A DNA stretch of 64,000 nt from an uncultured delta proteobacterium (GTDB lineage Bacteria > Myxococcota_A > Polyangia > Haliangiales > Haliangiaceae): the NCBI GenBank assembly GCA_963848295.1, contig CAWKDB010000010.1, forward strand, positions 4,224,001 through 4,288,000, in the 5' to 3' direction. This document shows, piece by piece, positions 50,517-61,718 of this stretch. A program made the position numbers and the translations under genes. The notes under the pieces are model-generated. The model saw only the letters and a list, made by a program, of their open reading frames with translations. It searched no databases and was not told the origin of the DNA. The first letter of the stretch is position 1. Every line of letters begins with the position of its first letter.

Positions 50517-51434
50517 ATGCGTGGCGCCGTGCTTGCCTCGGTGATGGTCGCGCGGGTCGTCTGGGCAGACCCAGCGGATCAGCCGTCGGCCGTCGCTGCG
50601 AAGCTGTTCGAGGAGGGGCGCGCCCTCGCGAAAGCCGGTGACTACGCGGGCGCGTGCGATCGCTTTGGCAAGGCGCACGAGCTCGACGCCGGCGTCGGCA
50701 TCGAGCTCAACCTCGCCGATTGCGACGAGCACCTCGGCCGCGTCGTGCTCGCCTATCACTTGTTCGATCACGCGGCAGCGGCCGCCGCGGCGGCTGGTAA
50801 CGACGCGCAAGGCAAGCTCGCTCGCGGTCGCGCCGACGCGCTCGCCGCCAAGCTCGGGACCGTCGTCGTCGACTTGCCGAACCCGACGGCCGCAGGGCTC
50901 GAGCTCACGATCGACGGTCACAAGGAAACGCCAGCCGCTGAAGTGCGCGAGATCGTCAACCCGGGAACCATCGAAGTCAGCGTGACCGTACCGGGCAAAC
51001 CGCCGTTCTCGCAGTCCACGCACGCGTCGGCCGGCGGCACCGCAGTGGTGGTCGTGACGAGCGACAAGCCGGCCGCGGTCGTGCCGACCCCGACCTTCGT
51101 GTCGCGCCGGCGCAGATCGTGGGCGCGCGCCGGGTACGCGCTCGGCGGCGGCGCGGTCGCCATCGCGGCGACGTCGGTCGCGATAGGGCTCGTCGCCCGC
51201 AGCAACTACCAAGCGCAGTATGCGAACCAATCGTGCACTCGGGGCGTCGGCTGCAACGCGGCCGGGTTCGAGCAGCAAAGGCACGCGCGCTCGCTCGCGA
51301 ACGTCGCGACGGGGTTCGGCATTGCTGCCGCCGTGCTCGCTGCCGGCTCGGCCGTCGCGTTTGTCGCCGCTCCACGCGACAACGTGACGGTTTCACTTTC
51401 TGGGGCTGGAGTCGCGATCTCGGGCCAGTTCTAA
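50517..51434 (+). CDS. Secreted TPR + PEGA-like protein
   Basis: AAKLFEEGRAL..ACDRF..LNLADCDEHLG; beta domain; C-terminal hydrophobic segments. Confidence 0.8.
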   Translation: MRGAVLASVMVARVVWADPADQPSAVAAKLFEEGRALAKAGDYAGACDRFGKAHELDAGVGIELNLADCDEHLGRVVLAYHLFDHAAAAAAAAGNDAQGKLARGRADALAAKLGTVVVDLPNPTAAGLELTIDGHKETPAAEVREIVNPGTIEVSVTVPGKPPFSQSTHASAGGTAVVVVTSDKPAAVVPTPTFVSRRRRSWARAGYALGGGAVAIAATSVAIGLVARSNYQAQYANQSCTRGVGCNAAGFEQQRHARSLANVATGFGIAAAVLAAGSAVAFVAAPRDNVTVSLSGAGVAISGQF

Positions 51435-51480
51435 GACCGATCGGTTTGACACCGACGTCGTGCAACGGGAATGTCCCACC

Positions 51481-52791
51481 GTGGCCGTCAAGAACTACGT
51501 GCTCGATACCAACGTGTTGCTCCACGATGCGCGTTCGCTCTACGCGTTCGCGGACAACAACGTCGTGATCCCGATCTACGTGATCGAAGAGATCGACACG
51601 TTCAAGAAAGATCAGTCGGAGCTCGGACGCAACGCGCGTCAGATCGCGCGCCTGCTCGACGAGCATCGCAGCATGCCAGGCGGCTTGTCGCAGCCCCAGC
51701 GGTTGCCGACGCGCGGCACGGTGCGCGTCGCGTTGTCGAAGAATCCGGTCAAGAACCCGAGCTACGACTCGCGGTCGATGGATCAACGCATCCTCGAGAT
51801 CGCCCTCGAGGTCGCGGCCTCGGATCCTAAGATCCCGACCGTCCTCGTCACCAAAGACGTCAACATGCGCGTGCGCGGCGACGCGCTCGGCCTGCAGACG
51901 GTCGATTACGAGCCCGAGCAGATCTCGATCGAAGAGCTCTATCCCGGCAATCGCGAGATCCTCGTGCCGCCGGGTACGATCGATACGTTCTACGCGCAGA
52001 ACATGGTCGTCGTCGACGCACCCGGGCTGCACGCGAACGAGTTCCTCACGCTCAAGGACGAGACCGGCAAGTCCGCGCTCACCCGCTGGGACAAGACGCT
52101 CGGCAAAGCGGTGCCGGTGCGCAAGCTGCGCGAAGGCGTGTGGGGGATCAAGCCGCGCAACAAGGAGCAGCACTTCGCGCTCGACCTCGTGCTCAACGAC
52201 GAGATCAAGTTGGTCACGCTCGTCGGCAAGGCCGGCACCGGCAAGACGTTGCTCGCGATCGCCGCCGGCTTGCAGAAGGTCACCGAGGAGCAGGTGTTCT
52301 CGAAGCTACTGGTCTCGCGGCCGATCTTTCCGCTCGGTCGCGACATCGGCTACCTGCCGGGCGACATCGAAGAGAAGCTCAACCCGTGGATGCAGCCGAT
52401 CTACGACAACCTCGAGCTGCTGCTCGGTCTCAACAAGACCGACAAGAAAGACGGCCGCAGCTACGCCGAGCTCGTCGATCTCGGCTTCGTCGAGATCGAG
52501 CCGCTGACCTACATCCGCGGTCGGTCGCTGCCGAACGTCTACATGATCGTCGACGAGGCGCAGAACCTGACGCCGCACGAGGTCAAGACGATCATCACGC
52601 GCGCGGGCGAAGGCACGAAGATCATCCTGACCGGCGATCCGTATCAGATCGATCACCCGTACCTGGACTCGTCGAACAACGGCCTCACGACGGTCGCCGA
52701 GCGGTTCAAGCATGAAGCGATCGCCGGCCACGTGATCCTGACGAAGGGCGAGCGTTCGCCGCTGGCGGAGCTCGCGACCCAGATCTTGTGA
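51481..52791 (+). CDS. phoH: PIN-PhoH family protein
   Basis: YVLDTNVLLHD (PIN); GKAGTGKT; GYLPG; YIRGRS; DEAQN. Confidence 0.93.
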   Translation: MAVKNYVLDTNVLLHDARSLYAFADNNVVIPIYVIEEIDTFKKDQSELGRNARQIARLLDEHRSMPGGLSQPQRLPTRGTVRVALSKNPVKNPSYDSRSMDQRILEIALEVAASDPKIPTVLVTKDVNMRVRGDALGLQTVDYEPEQISIEELYPGNREILVPPGTIDTFYAQNMVVVDAPGLHANEFLTLKDETGKSALTRWDKTLGKAVPVRKLREGVWGIKPRNKEQHFALDLVLNDEIKLVTLVGKAGTGKTLLAIAAGLQKVTEEQVFSKLLVSRPIFPLGRDIGYLPGDIEEKLNPWMQPIYDNLELLLGLNKTDKKDGRSYAELVDLGFVEIEPLTYIRGRSLPNVYMIVDEAQNLTPHEVKTIITRAGEGTKIILTGDPYQIDHPYLDSSNNGLTTVAERFKHEAIAGHVILTKGERSPLAELATQIL

Positions 52792-53198
52792 AGGCCGTCG
52801 TGGTCGCGCTCGTTGTCGGCTGGGCCGCGGTCGCGTGCGCCGACACGGTCGGCTACGAGGTCAAGATCCCCGAGCGCATCGAAGTCGCGCCCGGCGCGGT
52901 GGGAGAGCTGTCGATCGAGCTCGCGATCGATCGCGGTTACTCGATCTCGAAGGACGCCGGAATCATCCTCGATGTCGCGCCGGATGGTGGGGTGGTGATC
53001 GCGAAGCACCGGCTCGGCCGCGGCGACGCGGTCGACCCCGATGCCGACTCGCCGCGGTTCAAGATCGTGGTTCACGCCGAAACCGCAGGCGACTACGCGG
53101 TCAAGGTCCACTTGCGGTTCTGGGTCTGCGGTCAGAAGACGTGCCGGCCGATCGACGTGCGCCGCAGCGTCGCGGTCACGGTCGTCGCCCCGAAGTGA
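52788..53198 (+). CDS. Secreted hypothetical protein with C-terminal CxxxxC
   Basis: Signal peptide; FWVCGQKTCRP; overlaps phoH stop. Confidence 0.65.
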   Translation: MKAVVVALVVGWAAVACADTVGYEVKIPERIEVAPGAVGELSIELAIDRGYSISKDAGIILDVAPDGGVVIAKHRLGRGDAVDPDADSPRFKIVVHAETAGDYAVKVHLRFWVCGQKTCRPIDVRRSVAVTVVAPK

Positions 53199-53324
53199 CT
53201 GTTGCAGCGCGATGACGCGGCCTCAATAATTCGCGAGGCGCCTCAGTTTTCTGTGCATCGATTCAATTGTTCTACCTACATCGGTCCGACCAATGTCGGT
53301 ACGCGACTTGCGATGTGGGTGGTC

Positions 53325-54803
53325 ATGATGAAATCCACCATCGTTGCGCTCGCGCTCTTGGGCTGTCACGGCGCCGGGCCCGCGACCGTCGTCGACGGAA
53401 CCCCGGCGGACACGGGGATCGCGGACGGCCGACCCGACGGTGCCCCGGCTCCGAGCGGCGTCACGCCCGACTTCTTCGGCATCCACGTCAACCAATCGAT
53501 CTCACCATGGCCCGACACGACGATGCCGTTCGGTGGCTATCGCAGCCACAGTAGCCAAATCATGTGGGCGAACATCAACAACGCCCCCGACACCGCCGAG
53601 GGCGTTCCCACCTACAACTGGACGAAGTTCGACGCGTGGATCGCCAAGGCCGAAGCCGGCGGGCAGGACGTGCTCTACACCGTGTACGCGACGCCGCCGT
53701 GGGCGTCATCGAACCTCGGGGCGAACGGCATGGACGGCACGGCGTGCACCTTCGATGACACGTCGAAGAAGGACTACATCGGTCCGGGCATCTGCGACGC
53801 CCCGAACGACATCGCCGCGGACGGCACCGGCACCGACCAACACTTCATCAACTTCGTCACCGCGTTGGTGACGCGGTCGTGCCTCGTCGACGTGACGAAT
53901 CCCGCGAGCGGTAGTCGGTGCGACGGCGTCCAGTCCGGACGGATTCGCTACTACGAGCTATGGAACGAGCCGAACATCACGGGCGAGTGGAACGGCACGA
54001 ACGCGCAGATGCTGCGGATGGCCAAGGATCTATGGACGACGGTCAAGGCGATCGATCCGACCGCGCTCGTCACGACGCCGGCGAGCACCGCGACGATCGT
54101 GAACCCACCGAACGGCAACCACTGGCTCGATCCGTACCTGCAACTCGGCGGCGGCGACTACGCCGACATCATCGCGTTTCACGGCTACGTGCTGGTCAAT
54201 CAACCCGCGTGCCCGGCCCCCGACTGCATCGATCCCGAGGACGTCGACAGCGTGATCACCGCGATCGCGACCGTCGCAACCGCCGACGGGCAGGGCGGCA
54301 AGCCGCTGTTCGATACCGAAGGCAGCTGGGGCGGCGTGCAGCCGGGCAAGCCGCTACCCACCGACCCCGATCTGCAGGCGGCCTACGTCGGCCGGTTCTA
54401 CCTGCTCCAGCTCGGTCGCGGCATCGCGCGGTTCTACTGGTTCGCGTGGGACATCACGACCTCGGGGTACTTCTACGATCCCGACACGCAGATGATGAAC
54501 ACCGCGGCTGCGACAGCCTATCAACAAGTCCACGACTGGGCGATCGGCAACACGTTCGGCGCATGTAGCGCGACCGGCACGGTTTGGACCTGCCCGATCA
54601 ACGGTCCGGCGGGCTATCAAGCGCTCGCGGTGTGGGACGCGGCGCAACCGTGCAGCGCCGGCACGTGCTCGCAGACGGCGTTCACCGCGCCGGCGCCGTT
54701 CGTGCGCGCGCGAGACCTGAGCGGCGGAGCGCAGGTCATCTCCGGCGGCACCGTGCAGATCAGCGCGAAGCCGATCCTGCTCGATAACGTCGCGGTCGAG
54801 TGA
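53325..54803 (+). CDS. Clan GH-A glycoside hydrolase lipoprotein (GH39/GH5-like)
   Basis: LLGC lipobox; YELWNEPN acid/base; FHGY; LFDTEGSW nucleophile. Confidence 0.8.
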   Translation: MMKSTIVALALLGCHGAGPATVVDGTPADTGIADGRPDGAPAPSGVTPDFFGIHVNQSISPWPDTTMPFGGYRSHSSQIMWANINNAPDTAEGVPTYNWTKFDAWIAKAEAGGQDVLYTVYATPPWASSNLGANGMDGTACTFDDTSKKDYIGPGICDAPNDIAADGTGTDQHFINFVTALVTRSCLVDVTNPASGSRCDGVQSGRIRYYELWNEPNITGEWNGTNAQMLRMAKDLWTTVKAIDPTALVTTPASTATIVNPPNGNHWLDPYLQLGGGDYADIIAFHGYVLVNQPACPAPDCIDPEDVDSVITAIATVATADGQGGKPLFDTEGSWGGVQPGKPLPTDPDLQAAYVGRFYLLQLGRGIARFYWFAWDITTSGYFYDPDTQMMNTAAATAYQQVHDWAIGNTFGACSATGTVWTCPINGPAGYQALAVWDAAQPCSAGTCSQTAFTAPAPFVRARDLSGGAQVISGGTVQISAKPILLDNVAVE

Positions 54804-54826
54804 CGGCGTGCTACGCCTCGCGTGCG

Positions 54827-55507
54827 ATGACCACCACCGAGACCTGGACCGCCGTCGATCAGTTCTTCGAGCAACGCTTCGTCACTCCGAACGATCGCGA
54901 CCGCGTGCTCGCCACCGCGCTCGAAGAGAGCACGAAGGCCGGGCTACCCGCGATCGCCGTGTCGCCCAGCCAAGGCAAGTTGCTCGAGCTGTTCGTTCGC
55001 ATGCAACACGCGATGCGCGTGCTCGAGGTCGGCACGCTCGGCGGCTACAGCGCGATCTGCATGGCCGGCGCGCTACCCGCGGGCGGGACGCTCGTCACCC
55101 TCGAGCTCGACCCGCATCACGTCGAGGTCGCGAGACGGAACGTCGCGCGCGCCGGGCTCGCAGCGGTGGTCGACATTCGCGTCGGCGCCGCGCTCGATTC
55201 GCTGGCGCAGCTGGTCGCCGCGAAGGGCGCGCCGTTCGACCTCGTGTTCATCGACGCCGACAAGCCGAACAACCCGAGCTACGTCAAGCGCGCGCTCGAG
55301 CTGGTCCGGATCGGTAGCGTGATCATCGTCGACAACGTCGTGCGCAACGGCCGCGTCGCCGATCCGAAAGATACCGATCCGCGAGTCCTCGGCAGCCGCG
55401 ACTGCCTCGATCTGCTCGGCGCCGAGCCCCGGCTGCGCGCGACCGCGATTCAGACCGTCGGCAGCAAGGGCTACGACGGCTTCGCGATCGCGTACGTGGT
55501 CGCGTAG
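54827..55507 (+). CDS. O-methyltransferase (CCoAOMT-like)
   Basis: LEVGTLGGYS, FIDADK, DNVVRNG, KGYDGF. Confidence 0.93.
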   Translation: MTTTETWTAVDQFFEQRFVTPNDRDRVLATALEESTKAGLPAIAVSPSQGKLLELFVRMQHAMRVLEVGTLGGYSAICMAGALPAGGTLVTLELDPHHVEVARRNVARAGLAAVVDIRVGAALDSLAQLVAAKGAPFDLVFIDADKPNNPSYVKRALELVRIGSVIIVDNVVRNGRVADPKDTDPRVLGSRDCLDLLGAEPRLRATAIQTVGSKGYDGFAIAYVVA

Positions 55508-55565
55508 CGTATCGCCGGCGGCTCAGACGACCTAGCTCGGGGCCTAAACGTGCTATCAGGCGCGG

Positions 55566-56795
55566 ATGGAGTTCCAGCAGCTGGGTCTGATCCCGGCGAT
55601 TTCGAAGGCAGTTGCGGCACAGGGCTACGTCAACCCGACCCCGATCCAGCAAAAAGCCATCCCGCACGTGCTCGCCGGCCGCGACCTGCTCGGGCTCGCT
55701 CAAACCGGCACCGGCAAGACCGCCGCGTTCGCGTTGCCGATCTTGCAGCGGCTCGCCGAGCGGGCACCGCAGACGAACCGCCGCGCGATCCGTTGCCTCG
55801 TGCTGACGCCGACGCGCGAGCTCGCGTCGCAGATCGGCGAGAGCTTCACGGTCTACGGCGCGCATCTCCCGCTGCGCGTCACCGTGATCTTCGGCGGGGT
55901 CGGCTTCGATGCGCAGCGCCAGGCGTTGCGCAACGGCATCGACATTCTGGTCGCGACGCCCGGCCGGTTGCTCGATCTGATGGGCCAGGGCCTCGTCGAT
56001 CTCAAGTCGCTCGAGATGTTCGTGCTCGACGAAGCCGATCGCATGCTCGATATGGGGTTCATCCACGACGTCAAGCGCGTGATCCAGGCGCTGCCGGCGA
56101 AGCGCCAGACCCTGTTCTTCTCGGCGACGATGCCTCCCGAGGCCCAAGAGCTCGCGGATCGCTTGCTGCACCAGCCCGAGACGGTCGCGGTCGCGCCGCC
56201 GTCGACCACGGTCGAGAAGGTCGAGCAAGAGGTGTTCTTCGTCGAGAAGGCGGACAAGCGCGCGCTGCTCGTCGACGTCATGCGCGACAAGACGATGACC
56301 CGCGTGCTCGTGTTCTCGCGGACGAAGCACGGCGCGAACAAGATCGCCGAGCATCTCGTCAAGGCGAACATCAGCGCCGAGGCGATCCACGGCAACAAGT
56401 CGCAGAGTGCACGCGAGCGCGCGCTCGCGAACTTCAAGGCCGGCAAGATCCGCGTCATGGTCGCGACCGACATCGCGGCGCGCGGCATCGACATCGACGA
56501 CGTCAGCCACGTCGTCAACTTCGACGTCCCCGAGGTGCCCGAGACCTACGTCCATCGCATCGGCCGGACCGCGCGTGCCGGCGCGGCTGGCATGGCGATG
56601 ACGTTCGTCGAGGCCGACGAGCGCGCCGATTGGCGCAGCATCTTGAAGCTCGTGCGCCAGGACATCCCGATCGTCGAGAACCATCCCTACGAGTCGACGC
56701 TACCGCTCAACGTCACGCCTCCGCGTCCGACGATGCAGCAGCGCAACGGTGGCCGCGGTGGCGACCGGCGCGGCGGCTTTCGCCGGCATCGCTAG
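55566..56795 (+). CDS. rhlE: DEAD-box RNA helicase
   Basis: [31 protein letters not shown]. Confidence 0.93.
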   Translation: MEFQQLGLIPAISKAVAAQGYVNPTPIQQKAIPHVLAGRDLLGLAQTGTGKTAAFALPILQRLAERAPQTNRRAIRCLVLTPTRELASQIGESFTVYGAHLPLRVTVIFGGVGFDAQRQALRNGIDILVATPGRLLDLMGQGLVDLKSLEMFVLDEADRMLDMGFIHDVKRVIQALPAKRQTLFFSATMPPEAQELADRLLHQPETVAVAPPSTTVEKVEQEVFFVEKADKRALLVDVMRDKTMTRVLVFSRTKHGANKIAEHLVKANISAEAIHGNKSQSARERALANFKAGKIRVMVATDIAARGIDIDDVSHVVNFDVPEVPETYVHRIGRTARAGAAGMAMTFVEADERADWRSILKLVRQDIPIVENHPYESTLPLNVTPPRPTMQQRNGGRGGDRRGGFRRHR

Positions 56796-56884
56796 GCTCG
56801 GCGCGTTCGCACACATCGCGCTACATGGCTGCGCTCGCATCGTGCGCTTGAGTCGAAGCCACGAACCGGTGCAAGCTGGGGGAA

Positions 56885-59047
56885 GTGCGCGCGGTAGTCA
56901 TTCTCGGGCTCGTGGTCACCGCCGGTTGCGGCCGGCTCGGCTTCGATGCCGAGGGCGGCGGCGGCGGCGGGTCGAACAGTGGACCCGATGGCGGCACTGG
57001 TCCGGTCGGGCCTTACCGCACCGTCACGACGAGCGGCTCGTCGGCGTGCGCGATCGGCAGCGACGACTCGCTGTGGTGCTGGGGCGAAGATCCGGCGAGC
57101 ACCACCACGTTCTTGCAACCGACGCAGATCCCCGGGGCGTGGAGCGACGTCACGCTCGCCCATTCGTGGGCGGATCACGCGTGCGGCATCCAGACCGATG
57201 GATCGCTGTGGTGCTGGGGCAGCGACGCGTACGGAATGCTCGGCGACAACGCCGCGGGCGACAGCGAGCAACCGGTCCACATCGGCAGCGCGGCGTGGAC
57301 GAGCGTGAGCGCGAGCGGGATCTCGACGTGCGGCATCCAGCGCGATCAGTCGCTGTGGTGCTGGGGACAGGACACGTACGGTCAACTCGGCGACGGCCAG
57401 ACCGGTGGCGAGCAAGACGTGCCGGAGCAGGTCGCCGGCAGTTGGGCCTCGGTCTCGGTCGGCGACGGCTACGCATGCGCGGTCGGAACCGACAGCTCGC
57501 TGTGGTGCTGGGGCGACGACTGGGCCGGCCAGCTCGGCAACGGGCTCAGCGAGAACAACGCGAATCGCACCCAGGTCGCGGGCAGCTGGCTCGCGGTTTC
57601 GGCCTCGAGCACCGACGATCACACCTGCGCGATCGCGACCGACCACGGCGTGTGGTGCTGGGGGAACAACGACGCCGGGGAGCTCGGCACGGGCGACACC
57701 AGTTGCCAGTACTCGCCGGTCGCGACCGGGATCCAGGCCTCGATGATCACGGTCGGCGATGAGCATAGCTGCGCCCTCGAGACCGGCGGCGCCGTGTGGT
57801 GCTGGGGACAGGCCAGTCACGGCGAGCTCGCAACGGCCTCGTCGACCGAGGCGCTCGCGCCCGCGCACGTCAGCGACGGGCAATGGGTCTCGGCGGCTGA
57901 CGATCAGACGTGCATCATCGACCCGACCGGCCACGTGCAGTGCACCGGCCGCGACGACCTCGGCCAGCTCGGCGCGACAATCGCGGCGCCCGGCGAGGTC
58001 GACGTTCCGACGCGAGCCGACACGCGCACCGACTGGACCTCGATCTCCGCCGGCGGCACGCACGTGTGCGGCAGCGCGGGCGGCGCGTACTACTGCTGGG
58101 GGTTCAACAGCGAGGGCGAGCTCGGCGACGGCACGCTGTTAGACCGCCAGGCGCCGGTCGCACTCGGCGGCAGCTCGGGCATGGTCACGCTCGTCGCCGG
58201 CGAGCACGCCACGATCGGGCTCAAGGCCGACTCGACCGCCTGGTTGTGGGGAGGTGACGACGCCGCGGGGGCCGACTACGATAGCGGCGAACAGCTCGCG
58301 GGATCTGGCTGGAGCGGGCCGGCGGTCGGCGACGAGCACGCGTGCGGCCTGCAAGGCACCGCGCTGACGTGTCGCGGGGACGATTCGTACGGCCAGCTCG
58401 GCGACGGCAACACGAGCGGGACGTCGACCGGCGCCGCGGTGCCGGGCACGTGGCTCGCGGTCGCCGCGGGCGGCGATGCGACGTGCGCGCTCTCGACGAC
58501 GCACGCGCTCTCGTGTTGGGGCGACGACAGCGCCGGCCAGGTCGGTAACCCGTCGGGCGGTGTGTTCGCGACCCCGCAGGCCATCGCGGTGACCCAGCCG
58601 ACGTGGGTCGGCGTCGGCGGCTCGTTTGCGTGCGCGATCGACAGCGCCGGCCAGCTGTGGTGTTGGGGATCGAATTCGTGCGGCCAGCTCGGTAACGGCA
58701 CGAGGAGCGACGACGCCATCGGATCGGCGCCCCCGGTCGCGGCGGGAACGCGCACGGACTGGCTCGAGGTCTCGCTCGGCGACCAGCACGCATGCGCGAT
58801 CCCCAGCGATCACAGCTTGTGGTGCTGGGGCCACGGTGGCGAGGGCGCCGTCGGCAACCCTGATCTCGACGATCTCACCGAGCCGACGCAGATCGGAACG
58901 GACGCCGACTGGGCCCATGTCGCGGCTGGCGATGACTTCACGTGCGCGCTCAAGACCGACGGCACGCGCTGGTGCTTTGGCTCGAACGACAACGGCGAGC
59001 TGGGCAATGGCCTCGCGTGGAACGCCGGGTTCGTGCCGGTCCTATAA
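56885..59047 (+). CDS. Double RCC1-repeat lipoprotein
   Basis: TAGC lipobox; many LWCWG..GQLG repeats. Confidence 0.9.
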   Translation: MRAVVILGLVVTAGCGRLGFDAEGGGGGGSNSGPDGGTGPVGPYRTVTTSGSSACAIGSDDSLWCWGEDPASTTTFLQPTQIPGAWSDVTLAHSWADHACGIQTDGSLWCWGSDAYGMLGDNAAGDSEQPVHIGSAAWTSVSASGISTCGIQRDQSLWCWGQDTYGQLGDGQTGGEQDVPEQVAGSWASVSVGDGYACAVGTDSSLWCWGDDWAGQLGNGLSENNANRTQVAGSWLAVSASSTDDHTCAIATDHGVWCWGNNDAGELGTGDTSCQYSPVATGIQASMITVGDEHSCALETGGAVWCWGQASHGELATASSTEALAPAHVSDGQWVSAADDQTCIIDPTGHVQCTGRDDLGQLGATIAAPGEVDVPTRADTRTDWTSISAGGTHVCGSAGGAYYCWGFNSEGELGDGTLLDRQAPVALGGSSGMVTLVAGEHATIGLKADSTAWLWGGDDAAGADYDSGEQLAGSGWSGPAVGDEHACGLQGTALTCRGDDSYGQLGDGNTSGTSTGAAVPGTWLAVAAGGDATCALSTTHALSCWGDDSAGQVGNPSGGVFATPQAIAVTQPTWVGVGGSFACAIDSAGQLWCWGSNSCGQLGNGTRSDDAIGSAPPVAAGTRTDWLEVSLGDQHACAIPSDHSLWCWGHGGEGAVGNPDLDDLTEPTQIGTDADWAHVAAGDDFTCALKTDGTRWCFGSNDNGELGNGLAWNAGFVPVL

Positions 59048-59052
59048 CGTCG

Positions 59053-59448
59053 CTAGACGAACCGGTGGACGATCAGGCCGTTGCCGGACGCGGCGACCTC
59101 GGCGACGAACACGCGCAAGCGATCGACCGCCTCGGGCGGCATCGCCATGCGCGCGATCGCGATCAAGATCTTGGTGACGAGCTCGGGCGAGAAGTAGCGG
59201 CCCGACGAGCGCTCCCCGTCGTCGAACGCGGGCACCGCCGCGCCGCCGTCGACCATGAAGCTCAACGGATGGTCGCCCTCGTGCCCGCCGAGCAGCGCGT
59301 GCACGTTCGACCAGGCATTGCCGAGCGCGAGCGTGTGCGGTCGATGTACGCCGGAGATCTTCGAGCTGACATCGTCGTACTTGGGCAACGTCATGTCGGT
59401 CGCGCCGTCGAGCTCGCCGGCCGAGATCGCGAACAACGTGCAGTTCAC
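59053..59448 (-). CDS. Hypothetical protein (YfbM/DUF1877-like)
   Basis: LALGNAWSNVHALLGG..PL..GG pattern. Confidence 0.5.
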   Translation of the reverse strand: MNCTLFAISAGELDGATDMTLPKYDDVSSKISGVHRPHTLALGNAWSNVHALLGGHEGDHPLSFMVDGGAAVPAFDDGERSSGRYFSPELVTKILIAIARMAMPPEAVDRLRVFVAEVAASGNGLIVHRFV

Positions 59449-59466
59449 GACCCCATCGTAGCGCTG

Positions 59467-60762
59467 TTAGCGCCAGTCGTGAATCGATTGGCGAAGCTCG
59501 CCGAGCCGGGCGCGGGACAGCGTGCCGACCGCGACCACGGCGAGGTTGTCGGGCGCGAAGATCTGGGTCGCGACGGCCGCGATGTCATCGATCCGGACCG
59601 TCGCCATCTGCGCGAGCCGCTCCGCCAACCCGGGCGGCGGGTAGTACAGCGCGGTGCCGCCGAACCAGCCGGCCATCGCGGAGGCGTCGTCGAGACCGGC
59701 GAGCGTCTCGTACTTGTAGCGGACGCGCGACCTTCGCGAGCTCGTCCTCGGTGATCGCACCGCGGCGCAAGCCGTCGAGCAGCCCGAGCAGCTCGCGCAC
59801 GAGCGACGGCACCTTCACGTTCGCTGTCGCGCTCGTGACCTCGAGCAACGACGCGTCGGCGAGCGGCTCGATCGCGGCATGGACCGAGTACGCGAGCCCT
59901 TTCTGATCGGCGAGCGTGTAGTGCAAGCGCGTCGACATGCCGTCGTCGAGCACGCGCAGCAGCGCGATCAACGCGACGTACGCGGGATCGAGCTCGGGAA
60001 TCGCGCGAAACACGATGGCGAGCGACGTCTGGGAGCCGGCATCGCGCACGTGCTGGAGCTGCGGGCCGGTCGCGGTCGGCGCGGGCGCCGGGGTGACCTC
60101 GGCGCGCGACGCCGGTCGGCAACCCGGCGAGGGCGCGCCCGGCGGCATCGACCACCGCGTTGTGATCGACCGGCCCGGCGACGCACAGCTGGGCGTTGCG
60201 CGCGCCGTAGTAGGTCGCGAAGTGGCGGCGGACGTCGGCGAGCTCGAACCGCTCGACGTTGCCGCGCGGCCCGATGATCCGCTGGCCGAGCGGGTGGTCG
60301 CCGAACACCAGGCCGCGGGCGATGTCATCCGCGTTGATCTCGACGCCTTGCTCGTCGTAGTCCTCGTTGATCTCCTCGAGGATCAGCGTTGCGCTCGAGC
60401 TCGATGTCGGCGAACCGCGGCCGGCCGACCAACTCGCCGAGCAATTCGATGCCTTTAGCGACGTATTCGGGCTCGAGCGCGAGCTGGAACAGGGTGTAGT
60501 CGCGTCCGGTCTCGGCGTGGAGCGTCGATCCGAGCTGCTCGACCGCCGTATTGAGCGCCAGCGAGGTCGGATAGCGCTCGGTGCCCCGAAACAGCATGTG
60601 CTCGACGAAGTGCGACAGGCCGTTGTCCGTCGACGATTCGAACCGGGCCCCGACTTTGATGAATAGCGCACACACCGCGGTGTGGAGGTGCGGGAGCGCC
60701 ACCGTGGTCACGGCGAGGCCGTTATCGAGGGTCGTCGTGGTGACCGGGGGATCGAGGCGCAA
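59467..60762 (-). CDS. M16 family zinc peptidase (frameshifted)
   Basis: LDNGL, GLSHFVEHMLFRGT (HXXEH), HPLGQRIIG, KGLAYSV. Confidence 0.9.
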
Positions 60763-60834
60763 GAGCGGTGCATAGCACGCGAATTGACCGCATCCCTCGA
60801 TCGGCGGTATTTAAGCGGTCAAGGTCGATCGCCG

Positions 60835-61712
60835 ATGCTCCTCAAGAAGATCGTGATCGCGGAGGACGACGACGCCATCGCGCACATGGTGAACATGGCG
60901 CTTGGCGATGCCGGCTTCCTGTGCCTGCGCGCGCGCGATGGCGACGAGGCGCTGAAGCTGGTCAAGGCGCACGATCCCGATGTGCTCGTGCTCGACGTGA
61001 TGATGCCGCGCGTCGATGGGCTCGAGGTCGCACGCCGGTTGAAGGCCGACGTGATGTGGTCGCGCACGCCGATCCTGATGCTGACCGCGCTCGCCGGGAT
61101 CGACGACCAGGTGCAGGGCCTCGAGGCCGGCGCCGACGCGTACATGGCCAAGCCGTTCGATCTGCGAGAGCTCGGCGCGCGGGTCAAGGCGCTGATCCGC
61201 TCGTCGCGGCGCGAACGCGACCGCAGCCCGACGACGAACCTGCCGGGCTCGCGCGCGATCGACGAAGAGATCGAGGGCGCGCTCAAGAGCGGCAAGCCGA
61301 CGACCGTCGTCCACATCGACATCTGCTCAACTTCGACGCCTACGCCGACGCGGTCGGCATCGCGCGCTCCGAAGACATCGTCAAGAACCTCGGCGCGTGG
61401 CTGCTCGAAGCGGCGCGCTCGGCGTCCGGCGGGGGCGCGTTCGTCGGTCACATCGGCGGCTCCGATTTCATCGCGGTCGTCGCGCCCGAGCACGCCGATC
61501 CGTTCGTGACCGCGGCCGAAACCGCGTTCGAGACCAAGCGACCGTCGCTCCCCGGCGATCCCGGCACGCTCGCGCTCGTGCTCGCGATCACGCCGACCGA
61601 AGGGCTCACGCTCAACGGCGGCGCCGACGAGCTCGGCCGCCGGCTCGGCAAGGCGATGAAGCAGGCCAAGGCCGCGGGCAAGACTGGCCACGTGGTCTGG
61701 TCCGCGAAGTAG
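60835..61712 (+). CDS. Response regulator with degenerate GGDEF-like domain (frameshift near 61325)
   Basis: AEDD, LDVMMP, KPF; SPTTNLPG, NFDAYAD, HIGGSDF. Confidence 0.85.
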
Positions 61713-61718
61713 GGCACC

